In this document: positions 51,750-59,585 of the stretch, in pieces | Numbering within the stretch: the first letter of the stretch is position 1 | Layout: each line of letters starts with the position of its first letter | NCBI GenBank assembly: GCA_051294375.1 | Contig: CM119263.1 | Span: forward strand, 3,494,785-3,558,784 | DNA: 64,000 bases | Origin: Paraspadella gotoi | Taxonomy: Eukaryota; Animalia; Chaetognatha | Direction: 5' to 3' | Made by a program: the position numbers and the translations under genes | The notes under the pieces: generated by a model | What the model was told of the DNA's origin: nothing | Seen by the model: only the letters and a program-made list of their open reading frames with translations | Database searches by the model: none

Positions 51750-54700
51750 ATGAACTTTTTTCCCGTCTTGCCGCTGTTTTTGGCTTTTTACAGTCAGACA
51801 GCCGGCTACATCATCAACAACAACAATGACTACTTACCCGATCCCGTCCTAATCCCATGCTGTCTTCCTCTGAGTCAAAAACTCACTTGCGGCCTAAGTA
51901 ATACTTCCGACCCCACGCCCACTTCTGATGCCACGCCTACTTTCGATGCCACGCCCACTTCCGGCGTCTCGTGGAAACTCGATGGCGATCCCATCCTTCG
52001 CGGCGTCTCGCTCGACGGCGCCCTCTTCGTCGGACGCCCATCTCCGCCGCAGCCGCCGCAGCCGCCGCAGCCGCCGAATCACTCAGCCTCTCAGCCATCC
52101 GTCCTTCCTCTCATTTCCTGCCCGGCGGACTCGCCTCTCATCGAGTCCGGTTGCCCGACGGGACGAGCTGTTCGTTGGCGCCTCTGTAGCGATCCAGTCA
52201 ATTGTTCGATCGATGCCGACGACGAAAAAAGCCACGAACGACAAAACTGCAGTCTGTGGACGAAACCGAAAATTGAATGGACTAAAGCTATGATTGAAAT
52301 CAATGACAATGACAATAACGACAACAAAGCCACGCTCTTCGTTCTCTTCCGATGTCCCGCGAGCATCGAGTGTCGAATGAGTCTTCGCTTTGAGAAATCG
52401 GATCGAATTCTCGTCCAGGAGACTTTTTCAAGTCGAGACGATCAAGCGACTTGTGATCATCTTTGGGTCGCCGCATTCGACGCTCGTGCTGTTGACGCCG
52501 CTGCGGAAGCCGATGCAGCAACCGACGTCGCTGCCAACACCACCGCCAACTCATCCGCTCCTTTCATCATTGTCCTCGAAACCCTTCAAGATGATTTCGC
52601 TCGAAGAACCGGCTTAGATAAAGTCATCTCTGAACCTTTCCGTTTCTCCCGAGTAGATCGTCCGGTAGAGCCGACTCCGGGCTCCAAGTCCTCATCGCCA
52701 ATTTTCGTGTTGTCGATCATCCTGGTCACCATCATCCTCATCGCTTCCATCCCCGCGCTAGTCGTGGGTTGTCGCATTATGAAAAAAGGGAGCGCCCACT
52801 CGTGGTCGCCACCCAGCGACGGGTCTTCCATCGAATTTCGTCCACGTTCAAAGTCGGAATCTGCTCGTCGAGACTCGAACACGGTTGGATACGAAAGACT
52901 GAGACTGGAGACTGTTAAAGATCAGAAAGCCGGAGAGGGCAATCCGCGATCAGATGTTTTTGACGAAAAAGTTCCATTTTTAGACGATCGTTCCTCGTCG
53001 ACATCTTTGTCATCGCCGTCGCAATTCCAAATCCTTTGTCATCTCTTGTGCCCGGGTGCCTCAGGAGAGAAGCCGAACTTGAGCGATGAAGATTTCAAAG
53101 ATGAAGCGATGATTCAATTAAACCGAAACCATTACGTTTATCTCGAAAATTCTGTAGGCGTGGAAGCCTTGGAAAAACTCGCATCGTCGGGACAGGTCGT
53201 CAAATTTAGGAAATTCGACCGAAAAGTTTGTATGTACGTGAAGACGACGCTAATAGCGACTATTTTGGACAAATTGCACGAGGTGGATCACGTGATCAAC
53301 CAGCTGGATGAACGATTTAAACGTGAATCTGATGTAGTGAAGGAAATGAATATGGGACGGTACCCAGTGAAGGCGGTCGTGAATCTCATTTACACATATT
53401 TTGATTCGGATGATGAAAAACAAAAAGACATTGCTCTTTCGGTCTTAAATCATTTGAGATACTTGGGTTTCTTGTATCCCGCTCCATTGTTTTGCATCAG
53501 TGCAGAAGTGGCTGAGCTGGAGACGTGGTATCAAATTCCTCACGTGACCAAAGCAAGATTTTCGTCCGACTCGTGGGAGATGAATACTGAGGAATATCAG
53601 ATTGGCCATGTATTTGTTACCAGCAAGGAAATTCCACAATACCTTTTGTCTCTGATTTCATTATCCGTTAACAAATTTTGTCAATATCCTACAAGAATTG
53701 ACTGGGAAAACGGGATTGTAGCTTCAAGTGGTGATATATCTGTTTACATCGAGAAAACAAGTAAAAACAAAAAAGGGGCTTATCAAGTCAAAAGCATTCC
53801 TCGATCTCTCCTAGTTGTTTGTCGCGGGCCACAAAATCAAAAAGATGCTGTAACCCTAATGCTGGAATCTTTTAAGGAGTTTATTTTGGGTTACTTTTCA
53901 ATTTGGCCGGATATTGAGGTAGAAACAAATGTCGCATGTATCAGTAAAACCGGAACAGTCAAACCGCACAGGATTGACAAAAAAGGGAATCAATTTAATT
54001 GTGACGTTTGTCAAGCAATCACGGAAATCTCGAGAGAGATTCAAATGGAAAAGTTTTCACACGAAAACACACCCTCTCATTTGTTCAATACCTCGGGAGG
54101 TTTTACGTTTCCAGAAATAAAATTTAGCAAACAAAACCTACAGACAACCACCGATTTTAAAATTCATGACGAAAAATCAATTGCTAACCAGATGACCTCT
54201 AAATTTGACTATGGTGCGTTGGTACTGAGCGACGTTGTTCCTGATGAAGAGGCTGAGTTTGACTGCGCGTCAATCCAAATTCCAGAAAAGCAAGCTTATG
54301 AAAACTTAAAGGGTGCTGTCGCAAGCATCGGCTTTGAGGCGGAGGGCATGTTTCAACATCGCGGTACAGCGGCGTTAATGCAGATAGAAAAAAGTACAGG
54401 CAAAATAACTTTGTTGTCCTGTTTACACGTTATCAAGTATGTAGCTATAGAAAACAGTGGCGAGAATCCCTGTTCGATTGACGAAATAAACAAGTTTTTA
54501 CAAGAATTCAAACTTGGAGTTTCTTTTGATACCAAACTCAATTCATCCGACGGTACAACGATAACGCATTTCATCATCAATGTAGTGGATAACAAGTTTA
54601 GTCCAGAAGAGGAAACTGATCACGTTTTGTTGGAAGCAATAAAGAACCCAAATTCTACCTACAGGCTTAGAGTGCAACCACTGGGTGCGCTTTTAGATTT

Positions 54701-55277
54701 CAGAATGAAAGAATGCATCTCAAATTCTATGAAAAAGTTTATAATAATTGGCTACCATAAAGGTTGTGACAAAAAATTTGATTGCGCCACCTATGGATAT
54801 TCGTTAACTGTTACAATTGCAGTCAGAAACAGTCAGGATTTGAAACATTATAAGATGCTTCCACAAATTAAGATTAAAGTTTCTGAGAATCTAAGAAAGT
54901 TGATTACCTTTCATGACAAACACTGTAACCAATCCCATCATATTAAAGATTGTTCTCAATATGGTCAAGACAATGACCTTTATGGAAGCTTAATGCAGTA
55001 TCTAAACCACAATGATGAATTGCCAATGTTGACTGACCCACGAAGAATTTTGCTGACAACGCAATTCAGACAAGGTGCCTCAGGCTCACCAATATTTAGT
55101 TCCAGCATGGAGAGACACTTATTTCCAAACTTTCCTAATGTGAGTGATTTCAGACCGTCCTTATTAATTGGATTGTTCTTGCGTGGTTTTCCAAAAGCAT
55201 CAATTGAATATCCTGAATGGAAAATTCCATTTATGATTGAACAAGGCGCTTGGATCTGGGAAATTATTGAAGAGTGA
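51750..55277 (+). CDS. Single-exon type I membrane protein, 1175 aa: signal peptide, Cys-rich ectodomain, TM, COR-like domain, FAM111-like trypsin-fold serine protease (paralogue 1)
   Basis: Uninterrupted 3.5 kb ORF. Hydrophobic N-terminus MNFFPVLPLFLAFYSQTAG. TM IFVLSIILVTIILIASIPALVVGC (aa ~318-341, nt ~52701-52772) followed by RIMKK. COR-like pattern at aa ~470-760 (ALEKLASSGQVVKF...LNHLRYLGFLYP...WYQIPHV...IPQYLLSLISL...WENGIV...VVCRG...WPDI...C...CDVC). Protease motifs GTAAL, SCLHV (His893), ETDHVLL (Asp957), IIIGYHKG, QFRQGASGSPIF (Ser1111). Colinear with the neighbouring ORF along its whole length. Confidence 0.9.
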   Translation: MNFFPVLPLFLAFYSQTAGYIINNNNDYLPDPVLIPCCLPLSQKLTCGLSNTSDPTPTSDATPTFDATPTSGVSWKLDGDPILRGVSLDGALFVGRPSPPQPPQPPQPPNHSASQPSVLPLISCPADSPLIESGCPTGRAVRWRLCSDPVNCSIDADDEKSHERQNCSLWTKPKIEWTKAMIEINDNDNNDNKATLFVLFRCPASIECRMSLRFEKSDRILVQETFSSRDDQATCDHLWVAAFDARAVDAAAEADAATDVAANTTANSSAPFIIVLETLQDDFARRTGLDKVISEPFRFSRVDRPVEPTPGSKSSSPIFVLSIILVTIILIASIPALVVGCRIMKKGSAHSWSPPSDGSSIEFRPRSKSESARRDSNTVGYERLRLETVKDQKAGEGNPRSDVFDEKVPFLDDRSSSTSLSSPSQFQILCHLLCPGASGEKPNLSDEDFKDEAMIQLNRNHYVYLENSVGVEALEKLASSGQVVKFRKFDRKVCMYVKTTLIATILDKLHEVDHVINQLDERFKRESDVVKEMNMGRYPVKAVVNLIYTYFDSDDEKQKDIALSVLNHLRYLGFLYPAPLFCISAEVAELETWYQIPHVTKARFSSDSWEMNTEEYQIGHVFVTSKEIPQYLLSLISLSVNKFCQYPTRIDWENGIVASSGDISVYIEKTSKNKKGAYQVKSIPRSLLVVCRGPQNQKDAVTLMLESFKEFILGYFSIWPDIEVETNVACISKTGTVKPHRIDKKGNQFNCDVCQAITEISREIQMEKFSHENTPSHLFNTSGGFTFPEIKFSKQNLQTTTDFKIHDEKSIANQMTSKFDYGALVLSDVVPDEEAEFDCASIQIPEKQAYENLKGAVASIGFEAEGMFQHRGTAALMQIEKSTGKITLLSCLHVIKYVAIENSGENPCSIDEINKFLQEFKLGVSFDTKLNSSDGTTITHFIINVVDNKFSPEEETDHVLLEAIKNPNSTYRLRVQPLGALLDFRMKECISNSMKKFIIIGYHKGCDKKFDCATYGYSLTVTIAVRNSQDLKHYKMLPQIKIKVSENLRKLITFHDKHCNQSHHIKDCSQYGQDNDLYGSLMQYLNHNDELPMLTDPRRILLTTQFRQGASGSPIFSSSMERHLFPNFPNVSDFRPSLLIGLFLRGFPKASIEYPEWKIPFMIEQGAWIWEIIEE

Positions 55278-56162
55278 TCACGAATAGTTATATCTAGCCC
55301 TTTCAAGGATTTTTATCATAGTTTAATACTAATTTTCGACTGATAATCTGATGCTTTTTTTGGTTTATAATGATGCACTTAATCGCTTTATTTAATGGCA
55401 CCATGACAGTATTTAAAAATGTCATTTCTTCTTAAAAGCTCGTTTTTTGTACTTAGTTCTTTGATAATCATTCAATTTTGTTAACTTTTTTGTCATCTCT
55501 AAATAGATGAAGATGAATTGTGATTAAAAGAGTTTAATCCTCATGAATCCTCTGAATACAAAAAATGTAGTTTCAAATTTAATTCATAAAAGAAACCTCA
55601 AAAATAGTTATTTAATCTAAATTAAAAAATTACTATACTATGATTTTTTAAGTTGAAATAAAGTGGCGCGTTATTTTTTTGGACAGGACTGTAATTTTTT
55701 CACTCTTAGGAATTACTGTAAATTTTGGAATTAAAATGAAGTAAGTTTGAAAGTAATTGTAAGAAATGTAAGTTTTAGAATGAAAATGAAAGGCCAGAAA
55801 AAAAACAAAATGCCTTTTGTTTTTTTTTTTTTTTTGTTTCACTCCTTTTCCACCGCTGGTCCCCACTTCTTAAGCTTGATCTTTTTGCTGAAATTACGAC
55901 ATTAGATGCAACATGAAAAGCTCCTGAGTTCCTGCCAATTTTTGTCGCTACATTACAGCTTCATAACTGCCTTTTAAACTTTACTTAAACTATGAATTCA
56001 ATATAACATAAAGTATATAAGTATAAGTATAAGTATAAGTATAAAAGTATATAAACATAAAGTAAAACTTGAATGAATGGATAATTTTTATATTGGTTGT
56101 ACCAATTTCATAATGAATTTAATATAATAAAATTTGACCAATGTACTTACACCTACAAAAAA

Positions 56163-59100
56163 ATGAATTTCACTTCAATATTCATCATTCTCGTTGCCAC
56201 TTTTGGTGCCACCGTCATTTCCTCTGATCTCACATCCATCACTTCTTGTCTTCCTCTTCGCCAAACTCTCAATTGTGACGCTGGTTCCAACCGCGGCGTC
56301 GCCTGGACTCTTGATAGCGCCGATAATAACTACACTGTCACAAAGGATGGCGTTTTGAACGTACGTCACTTGGCGCCGTCGCCAACCTCGCCATGCGGCG
56401 CCAAGTCAGCGATCGTCAGCGCGACATGCTCTGGCACCGAATCCATGCAGAGCGGCATTCGCTGGCGCCTCTGTGTTTCAGATTCCTGCTCTGAAATGAG
56501 AAACTGCAGCATTGAATACCAATCGTCAATCGTTTCTACAGAAGCCCGAGCGTTAAATGGAAGAACCGTCTTTTTTGTGGGGCTCCGTTGTCCGTCGTGG
56601 TATGAATGTCGGGCAACTCTCTTTCAAAGGGGAAATGACTCCAGAATTATCGGTCGGCGAAGGTTCACGTGTGAAGAGCAGTGTCAGCCTTGCAACGATT
56701 TGTGGGTTTTGACAGAAAGAGAAGTTGACTTTGTAGCAGAGTATGAAGTTGGGCTCGAGTCCGACCAGGATGGCTTTGCAAGAAGCTTCTTTGCACGAAA
56801 CTCCAAGACCTCCAAATTAGTTTCAAGACCATTTCGCATCACTCCAAGATTGACGTTTGCTTTTGCGGAAGCTGCTAACATTCACCCAGAGGAAGATATA
56901 TCCGACCACCCTCTCCTCATTGCGAAACGTCCGCTTCTTTCGCCGGAATCTCCACCTCAAAGGGGCGAAGGCAAAAGCACAAAATCCGGGATAAATTTCA
57001 GTCTCCTCACATTTTTGTACATCGTCGTCGCAGTAACGATTCTTTTGATTGTTATTTTAGCCTTGGCCCAGGCCTTCAGAAAAAATAGGGCTTGGTCTTG
57101 GTCCCCAAGAGGAAAAGTAGTGCAGAGGGAACAAGTTGGACTTCGTTCAAAATCGGATTCTTCGTATGCCAAAACATTGAGCGACCAAAGCGGGGGAGAG
57201 GGTTTTGAAAATTCCAGAGAAGCCAATTTTTTAAGGGGAGACTTAGAAGAAGCAGAATACGATCATGAATCGCCGATGGATGTTTTCGAATCAACTCCAT
57301 TTATAGCAGATGCCCCTAAGCATGAATCTAGAATCGATGTCCTGTCTATTTTGCTTTGTCCTGGTGTAACCATAACCAAATCTATAACCGGTCAAGACTT
57401 AAAAGATAGTAAACTTGCTTCTTTAGATAAGTTTGAATATGTTTACATCAACAAAGATGAGAGCTCAATTTCTCTAGATCGTCTTTGTGAATCTGGGAAA
57501 GTGATTAGAATAAAGACCAACAGCGGAAATTCACTATACATTAAAACTTGTTTGATGGCGCATATTCTTGAGGAACTTCATCATGTGGATCGGATGATTG
57601 AGCTACTTAATGATCATGACAGAGATAATCATGATGTCATATTAGAGCTTAAAGAGGGGAAGTTTCCAGAACAAGTAGTCATTGATAAGATTTGTCAGTC
57701 AATCCATTTGGATCAAAGTAAGAAAAGTCACGATATTTCCAATTCTGTACTTAATTATTTAAAGTATATGGGCTTTTTGTATCCCATACCTTTGTTTTGT
57801 CTAAACGCTGATGTTGATGACAATCAGAAGTGGTTTCAGATTCCACATGTTTCCACAGATAAGTTTTCCAAAGAACAATGGTCTTGCAAAACCAATGAAT
57901 ACCAAATTGGTTATATTTATAATGCTAATCAAGACATTCCACCTTATCTTTTGTCACTGATTTCATTATCAGTAAACAAATATTGTCAATATCCAACCAG
58001 AAAAGACTGGAATAATGGTCTGACAGCATCCAGTGGAAATGTTGCAGTTTACATTCAGCTGGAAAATAATATTCCTGGTAAAAAAAACGGAGCATATAAG
58101 CTAGAGAGTTATCCGAACTCACTTTTTATAGTTTGCCGAGGACCACTTTCACAAAAACAATCGGTTAGCCTAATGTTGGAGGCTTTTAATATTACCATAT
58201 TAGGATATTGTACTCTCTGGCCATACATAAAGTTTGAAAGACATTATGCTTGTATTTCTCAAACGGAATCAATTAAGTCCCATGGAATCGCTGATCAAAC
58301 TGATGTTCGTGAAGACTGCAACATTTGTCAACCTATTGTAGAAATTCCTAAAGAAATACCAAAGGAGAGGTTTACACATGAAAACCCAGCACCTCAACTA
58401 AATGCATTTCCTGGTTGTTTCACAAAACCTGTCTCTCCTCAACCAAGCAATAATCTATCTATAGATAGCTCATACAGCAGCATGGAAAGTGGCATTGTTC
58501 ACCATTCGAATTTTGAGGCATCTCCTAATCAAAGCACAAGGGATGAATATGATCCAAATATGAATATGATCCAAATCACTGACAGACAGGTATATGAGAA
58601 TCATAAACAAGCTGTCGCAAGCATTGGTGTGTACTTATTTGGTCGCTTCCAGCATTATGGAACATGTTTTTTAATCAAAATATTTCGAGGGGCGAACAGA
58701 AATATTAATGAACAAATTCACATCATGACTTGCATGCATGTGATCCATGCCATTGCGTTTAAAAATAAATTTAAAATTCCAACAACTTTAGCTGAGATAA
58801 ATAGTTTTTTGTCCCAGTTCAGGATTTGCATTTCTTTCGATGACAAGTTGGAATCGCAGCGCACAAAAGTTACTCACGTTGTCACCAAAGTAGTTGAGGG
58901 AAACTTTGGTTCCAACAATGAAACGGATCACATTATGCTTCACGCTATGAAACTATCACCAATCGGTCATGGGCTCATGGTGCAGCCTCTGGAGCAACTT
59001 TACGACTCTGGATTGATAAATTCAAATCCTTCTATTTTGAGAAATATCCTCATCGTTGGTTATCACGAAGGAAGATGGAAGATGTACGATCCCTGTTCAT

Positions 59101-59585
59101 ACAAGTATTCCTTTACAATTACTTGTGCTGCTAAAGTAAAAAGGGAATTAAATTCCATGATTATGAATACCGAGGTGAAGCAAAGAGTTAGAGAAAACGT
59201 CGAGGTATTGGACGAAAATCACGAGAGGCAGTGCGTTGGTCCCAGCGATCATACTATCGAAAATTGCCCGTACCATGGGCTGGAGGAGGATGTGCGTTGC
59301 TACGAGACATTGATGAAAGATTTGGACAAGGATTCAGAGTTGGCCATGTTGACTGATCCAAGGAGGATCTTGGTCAAAACTCAGTTCAGACAAGGGTCTT
59401 CGGGATCCCCGATCTTCACTACGGGTTCAGAAAGGACTTTATTCCCTTTGCGTCCGAGAGTCCCGAACTTTCAACCCGTTTTTCTGATGGGAATGTTTTT
59501 GCGGGGTTTTCCGATGGCGGCTCAAGATAACAACGAGTTGTCATTTTTGATGAAGCAGGGCGTTTGGATTCAAAGTATAGCGTGA
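56163..59585 (+). CDS. Single-exon type I membrane protein, ~1140 aa, tandem paralogue 2 with the same SP-ectodomain-TM-COR-like-protease architecture
   Basis: The ORF track starts at TTG 56097, but ATG 56163 gives MNFTSIFIILVATFGATVISS, a signal peptide with the same A-run/MNF start as paralogue 1. TM LLTFLYIVVAVTILLIVILALAQAF at ~57003-57077, then RKNR. COR-like region ~57470-58330. Protease motifs GTCFLI, MTCMHV (His codon 58737), ETDHIML (Asp codon 58926), ILIVGYHEG, QFRQGSSGSPIF (Ser codon 59400). Confidence 0.9.
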   Translation: MNFTSIFIILVATFGATVISSDLTSITSCLPLRQTLNCDAGSNRGVAWTLDSADNNYTVTKDGVLNVRHLAPSPTSPCGAKSAIVSATCSGTESMQSGIRWRLCVSDSCSEMRNCSIEYQSSIVSTEARALNGRTVFFVGLRCPSWYECRATLFQRGNDSRIIGRRRFTCEEQCQPCNDLWVLTEREVDFVAEYEVGLESDQDGFARSFFARNSKTSKLVSRPFRITPRLTFAFAEAANIHPEEDISDHPLLIAKRPLLSPESPPQRGEGKSTKSGINFSLLTFLYIVVAVTILLIVILALAQAFRKNRAWSWSPRGKVVQREQVGLRSKSDSSYAKTLSDQSGGEGFENSREANFLRGDLEEAEYDHESPMDVFESTPFIADAPKHESRIDVLSILLCPGVTITKSITGQDLKDSKLASLDKFEYVYINKDESSISLDRLCESGKVIRIKTNSGNSLYIKTCLMAHILEELHHVDRMIELLNDHDRDNHDVILELKEGKFPEQVVIDKICQSIHLDQSKKSHDISNSVLNYLKYMGFLYPIPLFCLNADVDDNQKWFQIPHVSTDKFSKEQWSCKTNEYQIGYIYNANQDIPPYLLSLISLSVNKYCQYPTRKDWNNGLTASSGNVAVYIQLENNIPGKKNGAYKLESYPNSLFIVCRGPLSQKQSVSLMLEAFNITILGYCTLWPYIKFERHYACISQTESIKSHGIADQTDVREDCNICQPIVEIPKEIPKERFTHENPAPQLNAFPGCFTKPVSPQPSNNLSIDSSYSSMESGIVHHSNFEASPNQSTRDEYDPNMNMIQITDRQVYENHKQAVASIGVYLFGRFQHYGTCFLIKIFRGANRNINEQIHIMTCMHVIHAIAFKNKFKIPTTLAEINSFLSQFRICISFDDKLESQRTKVTHVVTKVVEGNFGSNNETDHIMLHAMKLSPIGHGLMVQPLEQLYDSGLINSNPSILRNILIVGYHEGRWKMYDPCSYKYSFTITCAAKVKRELNSMIMNTEVKQRVRENVEVLDENHERQCVGPSDHTIENCPYHGLEEDVRCYETLMKDLDKDSELAMLTDPRRILVKTQFRQGSSGSPIFTTGSERTLFPLRPRVPNFQPVFLMGMFLRGFPMAAQDNNELSFLMKQGVWIQSIA

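Larger units (their letters stand above)
41253..54562. repeat. Large inverted repeat, arms ~41253-47839 and ~47959-54562, spacer ~120 bp
   Basis: Arms align as reverse complements throughout. Examples: 41253 atcagttgtaccgtcggatgaatt vs 54540-54562; (TCG)n at 44896 vs (GAC)n at 50913; aacatactc at 47831 vs gagtatgatt at 47959. Confidence 0.95.

Noticed and set aside
53050-53075. CPGASGEKP as a possible Walker A motif of a Roc domain
   Set aside because: Does not fit GxxxxGK[S/T], and paralogue 2 has CPGVTITKS at the same position.
56097-56162. TTG start proposed by the ORF track for paralogue 2
   Set aside because: Eukaryotic gene; ATG 56163 gives a proper signal peptide and matches the MNF start of paralogue 1.
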